Shown piece after piece: positions 12,125-21,498 of a stretch of DNA of 54,809 nt. Each line of letters starts with the position of its first letter. Within the stretch, counting starts at the first letter, position 1. Source of the stretch: an uncultured Prevotella sp. (GTDB lineage: Bacteria > Bacteroidota > Bacteroidia > Bacteroidales > Bacteroidaceae); the NCBI GenBank assembly GCA_937874345.1, contig CALNBT010000053.1, forward strand, positions 1-54,809, in the 5' to 3' direction. Position numbers and translations under genes: made by a program. The notes under the pieces are model-generated. The model ran no database searches, was not told the DNA's origin, and saw nothing but the letters and a program-made list of their open reading frames with translations.

Positions 12125-12301
12125 CCATACGAAGAATGTAAGCAGAGGCTGAGATTCATGTCGAAGAAACCTAAGCATTTATCCGTTTCCCGCATAAGGG
12201 AACTCAAAAACCTAACGGATGATCATGGCCGACGCAAGCAGAGAAACCCTAAACTATAAAATAGATTAACTATATTAATATTAACTTAAAACAAAAGAAT
12301 A

Positions 12302-15300
12302 ATGAAGCATGTAAAATTTACGTTGCCTCTAAGAATGTTCACACTCCTGTGTGTGTTGATTCTTTCAGCTAGTGCCATCGCGCAAGAAATTGCAGTGAAG
12401 GGGCATGTGAAGGATGAAGCCGGCGAGCCCATCATTGGCGCCACCGTCAGAATTGGAGCTCAAGATGGCGGAACTGTAACGGATATAGATGGTAACTTCT
12501 CCATCAATGCCAATGCTGGTGCGATTGTCTCAGTAAGTTATATCGGATATCTGACAGCAAAAATGCCCGCCACTTCCGAAATGACCGTTACATTGAAAGT
12601 TGACAATGGCCAATCACTGAACGAAGTGGTGGTTATCGGATACGGTACAGTAAAGAAAAGCGACCTTACCGGTTCTGTAATGGCATTGAAACCAGATGCA
12701 AAGAACAAGGGTTTGATCGTCAATCCTCAAGATTTGATTTCAGGTAAGGTTGCCGGTGTAAGTGTTACGAGTGGTGGTGGTACCCCTGGTGGCGGATCAA
12801 CGATCCGTATTCGTGGTGGATCGTCATTGAATGCCAGCAACGACCCATTGATCGTCATCGACGGTATCCCAATGGATAATAGTGGTGTAAAAGGTCTTGC
12901 CAACCCACTTTCTATTGTCAATCCTCAGGATATCGAATCATTCAACGTTTTGAAAGATGCTTCTGCAACAGCTATTTATGGTTCTCGAGGATCTAATGGT
13001 GTTATCATTATTACCACAAAGAAAGGCCGTGCCAATCAACCATTGCAAATCTCCTATGCTGGAAGTGTTACTGCCAGCATGAAGAGAAAGACGGTAGATG
13101 TGATGAATGCCGGCCAATACCGCGACTTTATTAAGTCTATTTGGGGCGAAGGCAGTGATGCATATAAAGCTCTTGGAACAGCCAACACCAATTGGCAGGA
13201 TGAAATTCTACGAACAGCTATAGGACAAGATCATAACTTGACATTCTCTGGTGCATTCGGTAAAGGACAAAATGCGCTTCCTTTTCGTGCTTCTGTTGGT
13301 TATACCAATAATAATGGTATCGTAAAAACCTCAAACTTCGAAAGATATACAGCTGCTCTGGCACTGAATCCAACTTTACTTGACAACCACCTGAACATCA
13401 ATTTGAACGTGAAAGGCATGTATGCGAAGAACCGTTATGCTGACGGTGGAGCGATTGGTGCTGCTGTTGCATACGACCCTACACAAAGTGTATACGACAG
13501 AACTTCTGTTGATGCTGCTAACTATGGTTACTATCATGCATGGAGAGGCGCAGGGCTTGATCCAACTGAAGATCCTTCCTGGCCATCAACACTGAACACC
13601 TTAGCCACAAGAAACCCTGTTGCCATCTTAAACCTGAAAGATGATCGCGCCAAGAGTCAAGATTTGATCAGCAGTGCAGACATTGACTATAAGGTTCAAG
13701 GATTCGAAGATTTGCGTTTACATGTTACTGCCGGCGCTGATATCGCTCAGGGCAAGCAAGATACCCACATCGACCCAACATCCCCTTTGTCTTCTTATTA
13801 TGGATCTGATGGATGGAGCAAAATTAAAAAACGCAATTTGACGTTGAGTAGCTATGCACAATACTATCATGACTTCAACGACCAAGCCAAGAACCACTTT
13901 GATATCATGGGTGGTTATGAATGGCAACATTTCTGGAGACAGGAAACAAGTCGTACATTGCAATACTATCCAAGCACCAATCTCAAACATGGCGGACAGC
14001 TGTACAAAGATAGTGGCAAGGATTATAATGGTGATGGAACATTAGAAGACTACCTTTTTAAAACCGAAAACTATTTGGTTTCATTCTTTGGCCGTGCCAA
14101 CTGGAGTTTGATGGACCGTTACTATGTTACAGCAACGGTACGTGATGATGGATCATCACGTTTCCAGCAAAACTGGGCTACATTCCCTTCTTTTGCATTC
14201 GCATGGAAAATGAAGGATGAAAACAAATTTAGAGAAATCAATTGGTTGTCAGACCTGAAGCTTCGTCTTGGTTGGGGTATGACTGGTCAGCAGGAAGGTA
14301 TTGGAGACTACAATTACTTTGATATCTATCAGATTGGTACAGGTACCAATAACTTCTATCCTATCACTGGTGATGGCACTGTTGCACGTCCTCAGGCCGT
14401 TAACAAGAAACTGAAATGGGAGACAACAACAACTTATAATATTGGTCTTGACTGGGGTATTCTGAATCAAAGACTTTCAGGTAGCGTAGACTGGTACTAT
14501 CGTAAAACGAGTGACTTGTTGAACCAAGTATATGTTTCTGCAGGTTCAAACTTCCGAAACCAGGTTACATCAAACATCGGTTCATTGAGAAATACGGGTG
14601 TTGAAGCTTCTATCAGTTGGAAAGCAATTCAGACAAAGGACTGGTTCTGGACTTTAGATTATAACTTAACTTGCAACTCAAACAAGATTACTGACTTGAC
14701 AGGTGGAAGTGGTAGTAACTACTTCATTCCAACAGGTGGTATCTCAGCAGGTACAGGTAGCAATGCTCAAGCTCATGCTGTTGGCCATCCAGCTTCTACA
14801 TTCTATGTTTATCAGCAGATTTATGACCAAGCAGGAAAACCAATAGAGAATGCAGTTGTAGACCGCAATGCTGATGGACAGATTACAGAAGCAGACAAGT
14901 ACTTCTATAAGAGTCCTAATGCTCCTGTAACAATGGGTATGGCTTCACGTCTCGAGTATAAGAATTTTGACTTTGGCTTCGCTTTGAGAGCAAGCATTGG
15001 CAATTATGTATTTAATGATAGAATGTCTTCTAGCTCAAATGTATCTCCAGCTGCCGTATGGGCATCTTCAAACTTCTTATCAAATCGTCCTGTAGCTTCT
15101 GTAGCTGACAACTGGCAGACACAGAATACTACTTCGATTCTTTCAGATCGTTGGGTGCAGAACGCATCTTTCTTGAAGTGTGACAATATCACTTTGGGGT
15201 ACAGTTTCCAAAATTGGTTCAAGGGAGCTAACGCAAAAGGCTTGAATGGTCGTTTGTATGCAACATGTTCAAACGTGTTCACTGTGACAAAATATAAAGG

Positions 15301-15388
15301 AATTGACCCTGAAGTATTCGGTGGTATTGACAACAACCTTTACCCACGTCCTATCTCATTTATATTCGGTTTGAATTTAAACTTCTAA
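12302..15388 (+). CDS. susC: SusC/RagA TonB-dependent outer-membrane transporter
   Basis: 1028 aa; signal peptide; plug signature LKDASATAIYGSRGSNGVIIITTKKG; LKWETT motif; C-terminal F. Confidence 0.96.
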   Translation: MKHVKFTLPLRMFTLLCVLILSASAIAQEIAVKGHVKDEAGEPIIGATVRIGAQDGGTVTDIDGNFSINANAGAIVSVSYIGYLTAKMPATSEMTVTLKVDNGQSLNEVVVIGYGTVKKSDLTGSVMALKPDAKNKGLIVNPQDLISGKVAGVSVTSGGGTPGGGSTIRIRGGSSLNASNDPLIVIDGIPMDNSGVKGLANPLSIVNPQDIESFNVLKDASATAIYGSRGSNGVIIITTKKGRANQPLQISYAGSVTASMKRKTVDVMNAGQYRDFIKSIWGEGSDAYKALGTANTNWQDEILRTAIGQDHNLTFSGAFGKGQNALPFRASVGYTNNNGIVKTSNFERYTAALALNPTLLDNHLNINLNVKGMYAKNRYADGGAIGAAVAYDPTQSVYDRTSVDAANYGYYHAWRGAGLDPTEDPSWPSTLNTLATRNPVAILNLKDDRAKSQDLISSADIDYKVQGFEDLRLHVTAGADIAQGKQDTHIDPTSPLSSYYGSDGWSKIKKRNLTLSSYAQYYHDFNDQAKNHFDIMGGYEWQHFWRQETSRTLQYYPSTNLKHGGQLYKDSGKDYNGDGTLEDYLFKTENYLVSFFGRANWSLMDRYYVTATVRDDGSSRFQQNWATFPSFAFAWKMKDENKFREINWLSDLKLRLGWGMTGQQEGIGDYNYFDIYQIGTGTNNFYPITGDGTVARPQAVNKKLKWETTTTYNIGLDWGILNQRLSGSVDWYYRKTSDLLNQVYVSAGSNFRNQVTSNIGSLRNTGVEASISWKAIQTKDWFWTLDYNLTCNSNKITDLTGGSGSNYFIPTGGISAGTGSNAQAHAVGHPASTFYVYQQIYDQAGKPIENAVVDRNADGQITEADKYFYKSPNAPVTMGMASRLEYKNFDFGFALRASIGNYVFNDRMSSSSNVSPAAVWASSNFLSNRPVASVADNWQTQNTTSILSDRWVQNASFLKCDNITLGYSFQNWFKGANAKGLNGRLYATCSNVFTVTKYKGIDPEVFGGIDNNLYPRPISFIFGLNLNF

Positions 15389-15406
15389 CTTTAAACATTC
15401 ATAATA

Positions 15407-17041
15407 ATGAAAATCTATATAAAAACTTTAGTTCTTTCAGCAGCGATTATATGTACTGTAGGATTAAGCTCTTGTGTCAATGATTTGGATGTCACACCAA
15501 TTGACCCAAACCTACAGACCACAATTAATCCTGATCAACTGCTGAACAAATGTTACGCTAACTTTGCTATGGCTGGAAACAGTGGTCCGGACGGCGATTG
15601 TGACATCGATGGTTTGGATGGTGGTACAACAGGTTTTATCCGTCAGTTGTTCAATTCTAATGAGTTGACAACAGATGAAGCAATATGTAACTGGGGAGAT
15701 AATGAAGGTATTCCTGAGTTCAACTTCAATAACTATGGTGCTTCTCACCCAATGTTGAAGGGATTCTACTATCGTTTGTATTTTGGTGTTACTGTTTGCA
15801 ATCAATACATTTCACAGTTTGGTAGTGTAGACAAACAGAAGACAGCAGAAGTTCGTTTCCTCCGTGCTCTTCAGTATTACTTGTTGATGGATGCATACGG
15901 AAATGTTCCTTTCACAGAAACAGTGTCTGACCAACTTGCTCCTCAATATTCTCGTAAGCAGATATTCGATTACATCGAAAAGGAATTAACAGAAATCGAG
16001 CAAGATTTGGCAGCACCAAAGGCAAAGACTTCATCTGATCCTAATTATGGCCGTGTAGACCAGGTTGCAGACTGGATGCTAAAGATGCGTTTATATCTAA
16101 ATGCCGAAATTTATACAGGTACAGCACAGTGGACAAAGGCAGCAGAATATGCTAAGAAGGTTATCGATTCTCCTTATAAGCTTTACACTGGTGCTAAAGT
16201 GAACGGTTGGAGCGCTTATCAACAGCTATTCATGGGTAACAATGGTGAGAACGGGTCTTCTGTAGAAGCAATTTTCCCAATCCTACAGGATGGTAAAAAA
16301 ACTGCTGCTTATGGTTGTACAGTATTCTTGATAAATGCTTGTTCTGATGCTGATGACGTTATTAATCCTAACGGAAATCCTGGTCTTGGTCTTTTTGACA
16401 ATGCAAACTGGGCAGGTGTTCGTGCTCGCAAGAGTCTCATTGATAAGTTCTTCCCAACAAATAATGCACAGAATGTAACTGGTGCAGAAATGCCTGCACT
16501 TGCAAATGATGACCGTGCACTCTTCGACGGTGCTGGCAGAAAGATTACTCAGGAAACTGGTACAGAAATTACACAGTTCAAGAAAGGTTTCTCTGTATTG
16601 AAGTTCAACAACTTCTATTCAGATAATGGTTCTGCTAAGGATTTGGGATATGCTGATACCGACTTTTTCTTCTTCCGCGTTGCTGAGGCTTACCTCGCAT
16701 ATGCTGAGGCTACTGCTCGTGCAAATGGTGGTACAACAACAACTGAAGGAACAGGTTATATTAATGCGCTTCGACAACGTGCTCATGCACAAGTTAGAAC
16801 CACTGGTGGATATTCACTCAATGATATCCTCGATGAATGGAGCCGCGAGTTCTATTTTGAAGGACGTCGTCGCGTAGATCTAGTTCGTTTCGGTAAGTTT
16901 GGTGGTAACAACAACTATAACTGGCCTTGGAAAGGTGGCGTATTGAACGGCACGAACTTCTCTGAGAACCGTAACATCTTTGCTATCCCGACAACCGACT
17001 TGACTGTCAATACAAACTTGAAGCAGAATCCAGGTTATTAA
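15407..17041 (+). CDS. susD: SusD/RagB glycan-binding lipoprotein
   Basis: Lipobox GLSSC; motifs AEVRFLRALQY, FRVAEAYLAYAEA and ILDEWSREFYFEGRRRVDLVRF; terminal QNPGY. Confidence 0.95.
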   Translation: MKIYIKTLVLSAAIICTVGLSSCVNDLDVTPIDPNLQTTINPDQLLNKCYANFAMAGNSGPDGDCDIDGLDGGTTGFIRQLFNSNELTTDEAICNWGDNEGIPEFNFNNYGASHPMLKGFYYRLYFGVTVCNQYISQFGSVDKQKTAEVRFLRALQYYLLMDAYGNVPFTETVSDQLAPQYSRKQIFDYIEKELTEIEQDLAAPKAKTSSDPNYGRVDQVADWMLKMRLYLNAEIYTGTAQWTKAAEYAKKVIDSPYKLYTGAKVNGWSAYQQLFMGNNGENGSSVEAIFPILQDGKKTAAYGCTVFLINACSDADDVINPNGNPGLGLFDNANWAGVRARKSLIDKFFPTNNAQNVTGAEMPALANDDRALFDGAGRKITQETGTEITQFKKGFSVLKFNNFYSDNGSAKDLGYADTDFFFFRVAEAYLAYAEATARANGGTTTTEGTGYINALRQRAHAQVRTTGGYSLNDILDEWSREFYFEGRRRVDLVRFGKFGGNNNYNWPWKGGVLNGTNFSENRNIFAIPTTDLTVNTNLKQNPGY

Positions 17042-17054
17042 TCAAATAATCAGC

Positions 17055-17081
17055 GAGGAAAGAGTTACTGGCTCTTTCCTC
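17055..17081 (+). other. Intercistronic stem-loop between susD and susE
   Basis: GAGGAAAGAG (17055-17064) pairs with CTCTTTCCTC (17072-17081); no U-tract follows. Confidence 0.65.
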
Positions 17082-17111
17082 TACTGAACAACCCTATAAA
17101 AATAAAACAAC

Positions 17112-18275
17112 ATGACAAATATATTAAAGTCGACGCTATTACTGCTTTTCACTGTAGTTTTTTTTGCCTCCTGCAGTGACGATAACGGCTCTAATCCGAT
17201 ATTAAAGTCACCGACAACATTCCACCTCAATACACCTGCTTTAGCAACAAACGGTGTATACGACTTGGCTAATTCGAATGTTGTTGAACTGACATGTACA
17301 CAGCCGGACTATGGATTTCCAGCCGTAACAAAGTACACCGTACAGGTAGCAACCAAACCGGATATGTCTGATTCAATCAATCTGCCGACTACCTATACCA
17401 CAGCCAAGATACAAATAAACGCTCTCGACCTTGCCAGCACCTTGACAACAATGAAGCTGACACAAGGTTTGACAGAGAAAGACTTTCCTGTTGACATGCC
17501 TGTTTATTTCCGCCTGAAAGCCAATCAACTGACAGCAGATGGTACAACTATCCCCGGCATGGAGATTCTTTCAAACGTTGTGACCTTAAAAGATGTGCAC
17601 TTGCTCTTCTCATTGCCGCCAGTTAAACTACCAACGCACATCTATGTTACGGGTAGCTTCAACGGATGGTCTTGGGATACTGCTCTCGACATGGTTCCGG
17701 TCTATGGCACTGATGGCATATTCTGGCACCTTGTTTATATCGACAACAGTGGTATTAAGTTCAATACTGCAACTGCTTGGGATGGTGGTGAAGTAGGTTT
17801 CGCGAAGATCACAGTCGATGACGCCAGCGAATTAAAGAGTCAAATCGTTGATGGAGGCGGGAATATTGCATCCAACACACCAGGTTGGTACCTGATGGTC
17901 GTTCAATGTACACTTGATGGACGTAATATTCGTTATAAGGTTACCTTCAACAAGCCTAACGTTTATATCATGGGTCCTGTAACTGTGAAGGGAGACTGGT
18001 CTGAACTGGAAGATGCAGCGCTGATGACAGTTCCAACAGATGCCAACGGACAATTTGTTTCTCCTGCATTCAGTAAATCCGTACCTGGTGGTACTGGTGA
18101 CGGTGTTCGTGCATACGTTAAGGTTCCCGGATTTGACTGGTGGAAAGCTGAGTTCATGATATTCAGTGGCAAGATTGTTTATCGTGGCAAAGGCGTAGAT
18201 CAAGATCACGTTGCAGGTACTGCCGGTCAGAGTCTCTACTTGAACTTCACGAACGAAACGGGTGAGATTAAATAA
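17112..18275 (+). CDS. susE: SusE-like starch-binding outer-membrane lipoprotein
   Basis: Lipobox FASC; SusE N-domain (LTCTQPDYG..YTVQV); Trp-rich CBM modules (GSFNGWSW, GFDWWKAEF); follows susD. Confidence 0.85.
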   Translation: MTNILKSTLLLLFTVVFFASCSDDNGSNPILKSPTTFHLNTPALATNGVYDLANSNVVELTCTQPDYGFPAVTKYTVQVATKPDMSDSINLPTTYTTAKIQINALDLASTLTTMKLTQGLTEKDFPVDMPVYFRLKANQLTADGTTIPGMEILSNVVTLKDVHLLFSLPPVKLPTHIYVTGSFNGWSWDTALDMVPVYGTDGIFWHLVYIDNSGIKFNTATAWDGGEVGFAKITVDDASELKSQIVDGGGNIASNTPGWYLMVVQCTLDGRNIRYKVTFNKPNVYIMGPVTVKGDWSELEDAALMTVPTDANGQFVSPAFSKSVPGGTGDGVRAYVKVPGFDWWKAEFMIFSGKIVYRGKGVDQDHVAGTAGQSLYLNFTNETGEIK

Positions 18276-18300
18276 TAACAACGATTTCAGACACAACGAC

Positions 18301-19677
18301 ATGAAAAAAATATCATTATATGTAACACTCGCACTGACAGCCTTCTTAATGGGGGCCTGCAGTGGCGATTATACCAATTGGGCTGATCCTCAGGCTTACA
18401 GTCAGGAAAACGCAGTAACTATTCCCGGATTCAAAGCTACTGCCGTTGCTAGTCAAGACTTAGCAACAACAGGTGACAGCGTACAGACATTCACGCTTAG
18501 TTCAGCAAAACTCCCCGATGGCTATGCTCTTCAGAACGCACGAATCCTTCTGACTCCCGTTGGCATTGACAATGCTCAGACAACAACCGTCAATACAACC
18601 CTTAACGGTAAAGTACTGACATCAGATATTCAAAGCCTGATTGAAAGCATTTATGGTAAACGTCCTACTAACCGTACATTTGATGCTCACGTATATGTAA
18701 GCGCGATCAGAAATGGACAGGCTGCTTTCATCGATGCAGGTAAGATTCAGTTTGTAGCAGCTCCCAAAGCTCCTTTCATCGACGCCGGATATTATTTGGC
18801 TGGTGACATCACGGGATGGGATGCAAGTGGCGCTGTTGCTTTCAAGCATAGCAGCCAGGATGTATACACTGATCCAGTATTCACAATCTTCTTTACAACA
18901 AATGCTGCAAACAAGTACTGGAAGATTATCCCGAAGAACAACTATGATGGAGACTTCTGGAAAAATGGAATCAATGGCGTTTTAGGAACAACTGTTGATG
19001 GCGACACCAGCATGGAGGGTAAATTGACTACAGACAACCCACAGGCAGGTAAAATAGTTGAAGCAGGCATATACCGTATGACCATCAATATGATGGATTA
19101 TACTTACAAAATTGAAAAACTCAACTTCCAAGAGTTTATGTACATGGCTGGTGATGCCAACGGTTGGTCACAGATTGACATCCTTCAAAGTCCGGCATTT
19201 GATGGTATATATACTGGCTATATGTACATGAACCAGAATGGATTCAAATTCTGTACACAACCGAACTGGAACGGTCCAAACTATGGAGCAGGATTTAGCA
19301 CTGCTGGAGATGCTCCAAACATCACATTGACCGAACCTGAAGGTTTCTATAAGGTGACTCTCGATATGGGTGCTTTATCATACTCTTTGACCCCAATTAC
19401 AACCATCGGAGTGATTGGAGATGCAACTGCAGACGGTTGGAACAGCGACCAGAGCATGACCTACGATAAGGCAAACCGCTGCTGGGTTATTCAAAACATC
19501 GTATTGAAAGACGGTGCCATCAAATTCCGCGCAAACGATGCTTGGGATATCAGTTGGGGTGGAACACTCAACTCTCTGACGACACAGAATGGATCGAACA
19601 TCTATGTTGCAGCAGGAACTTACACCATCAAGTTATACTTGTCATATGATGGCAATTCACACGTAACGATTCAATAG
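18301..19677 (+). CDS. susF: SusF-like starch-binding outer-membrane lipoprotein
   Basis: Start reassigned to the ATG at 18301 (MKKISLY...LMGAC lipobox). Three CBM-like repeats: YYLAGDITGW, YMAGDANGW and GVIGDATADGW..IKFRANDAWDISWG. Confidence 0.82.
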   Translation: MKKISLYVTLALTAFLMGACSGDYTNWADPQAYSQENAVTIPGFKATAVASQDLATTGDSVQTFTLSSAKLPDGYALQNARILLTPVGIDNAQTTTVNTTLNGKVLTSDIQSLIESIYGKRPTNRTFDAHVYVSAIRNGQAAFIDAGKIQFVAAPKAPFIDAGYYLAGDITGWDASGAVAFKHSSQDVYTDPVFTIFFTTNAANKYWKIIPKNNYDGDFWKNGINGVLGTTVDGDTSMEGKLTTDNPQAGKIVEAGIYRMTINMMDYTYKIEKLNFQEFMYMAGDANGWSQIDILQSPAFDGIYTGYMYMNQNGFKFCTQPNWNGPNYGAGFSTAGDAPNITLTEPEGFYKVTLDMGALSYSLTPITTIGVIGDATADGWNSDQSMTYDKANRCWVIQNIVLKDGAIKFRANDAWDISWGGTLNSLTTQNGSNIYVAAGTYTIKLYLSYDGNSHVTIQ

Positions 19678-19719
19678 GCCAAAACAGGGTCTTTATCAAC
19701 AAAACATCAAACATCCGAG

Positions 19720-19752
19720 AGGCGGCACTTTTTCAAAGTTGCCGCCTTTTTT
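19720..19752 (+). terminator. Intrinsic terminator of susCDEF
   Basis: AGGCGGCA...TGCCGCCT stem followed by a T tract. Confidence 0.8.
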
Positions 19753-20006
19753 GCCATTTTCGATCACGTGAAATAAATTAGAAAGAAAAAGTGGTTCGAG
19801 ATGCTTAGTCATTTGTCATCGGAAGTTTAAATATTCCCCATACCAACTTGTTGATAACACCTCCGAAAACAGGATCTTGACATTACTGAAAAGCATAATC
19901 CTGATTTGAAATCTTTTCATCTACAAAACAGCTTATAATTGAGTGGCCTTTTGTTTGTCTCAATAAAAAGCTTTATTTTTACAATCTATAAAAACCAGTT
20001 CACATA

Positions 20007-21269
20007 ATGAAACCTTTCAGAGTGGTCTTGATCGTACTAATATGCCTAGTAGCATCAACAGTCACAGCTCAAAAATATATCGGAGGTGACATCTCTTTGT
20101 TACCCAGATACGAAGAAAGTGGCGCTACCTACTTCGACATCAAAGGTTCATCCATTTCAGCACCCTTGACTTTTTTCAAACAACAAGGTATGAATGGTAT
20201 GCGGCTGAGATTATTTGTCGATCCCAGCAAAGCCTCAACAGTAGACAAGGGCCAAGGAGTTTGTCAAGATTTAGCTTATGTTATTGCGTTGGGAAAACGT
20301 ATTAAAGCTGCAGGGATGTCATTGGTACTTGATTTTCATTATTCAGACTCATGGGCAGATCCTTCGAAACAATGGATCCCTGATGATTGGACAACTTTGA
20401 GTGACAATGATCTTTACACAAAGATATACACCTATACCAAGGACGTTTTAATGCAAATGACAGCAGAAGACGCAACCCCAGACTTCATCCAAATAGGGAA
20501 TGAAATCAGTAATGGAATATTGTGGGGAAAGGAAGGAATTACTAGTCAAAAAAAATGCGACACGAACAGCACGAATAATTGGAGCTATTTCACAACACTG
20601 TTAAAAATGGCAGGCAAAGCATGCCGTGAAGTTTGTCCTCAAGCCAAAATCATTATCCACACAGAAAGGGTTGCACAAGCCGATATTTTGAAAGGCTTTT
20701 ACGACAACATGAAAACTTACAGTGTTGACTACGATATCATAGGATTGAGCTATTATCCAATTTATCATGGATCAATGAGTAACCTTAACGCTGCGCTCAC
20801 AATGCTTGAGAACAACTATCCCGACAAAAATATCATGATTGTTGAGACAGGTTATTATCACGATTGGCAGCCTTCAAACCCTACTTACGACTTGTCGGAC
20901 ACGTACCCAATTACACCAGAAGGCCAGCAGGCATTCACTGAAGCACTCATTCAAACGTTGAACAACCATCCAAAGGTCAATGGGCTGTTTTGGTGGTGGA
21001 TGGAAGCAAACGAAAAAGGACTTGACTGGAACACCAAACGAGTGACCGACAACTGGTATAATGCAGGTCTCTTTGACAACCAAACAGGCAAGGCCGAACC
21101 TGCGCTTTATTGTATGAAACAGTTTTTAGTGAACATTGACGGTATAGCACAAACGAAAATAACATATTCAGAACCTAAAGAATGGTATACATTATCTGGT
21201 TCTATAGTTACCCATCCTAAACAGAAAGGCATTTATGTCACAAAAGGAAAGAAACTTGCCATTAAATAA
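20007..21269 (+). CDS. GH53 endo-beta-1,4-galactanase with a short T9SS-type C-terminal tail
   Basis: Motifs GGDIS, RLRLFVDP, DFHYSDSWADPSKQ, QIGNE (acid/base) and IVETG (nucleophile); signal peptide; tail WYTLSG...KGIYVTKGKKLAIK. Confidence 0.9.
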   Translation: MKPFRVVLIVLICLVASTVTAQKYIGGDISLLPRYEESGATYFDIKGSSISAPLTFFKQQGMNGMRLRLFVDPSKASTVDKGQGVCQDLAYVIALGKRIKAAGMSLVLDFHYSDSWADPSKQWIPDDWTTLSDNDLYTKIYTYTKDVLMQMTAEDATPDFIQIGNEISNGILWGKEGITSQKKCDTNSTNNWSYFTTLLKMAGKACREVCPQAKIIIHTERVAQADILKGFYDNMKTYSVDYDIIGLSYYPIYHGSMSNLNAALTMLENNYPDKNIMIVETGYYHDWQPSNPTYDLSDTYPITPEGQQAFTEALIQTLNNHPKVNGLFWWWMEANEKGLDWNTKRVTDNWYNAGLFDNQTGKAEPALYCMKQFLVNIDGIAQTKITYSEPKEWYTLSGSIVTHPKQKGIYVTKGKKLAIK

Positions 21270-21389
21270 TATTGTCGTTACAATCTTTGAAAATTGAGAA
21301 GATTAACAAGAACCATTATGAGTCACCATCAATCATCATATGATACCCAACACCACTGCATTGTATCAGACATTCATTTCATACACTCC

Positions 21390-21405
21390 ATGCAAACGTT
21401 TGCAT
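21390..21405. promoter_or_regulatory. LacI-family operator palindrome upstream of the amylase gene
   Basis: Perfect 16-bp palindrome ATGCAAACGTTTGCAT; -7 box TACATTTG at 21459-21466. Confidence 0.78.
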
Positions 21406-21498
21406 TCAGTCTTTATCTAATTTAATCAGATAAATATGGATATTTAAGACTGAAATACTACATTTGAAAGTAATTTACCTAATTAAGCAACTAATTAT

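Noticed and set aside
12016-12130. Invertible (phase-variable) promoter at susC
   Set aside because: No flanking inverted repeats of suitable length and no recombinase gene were found. The symmetry is explained by the operator and the divergent promoters.
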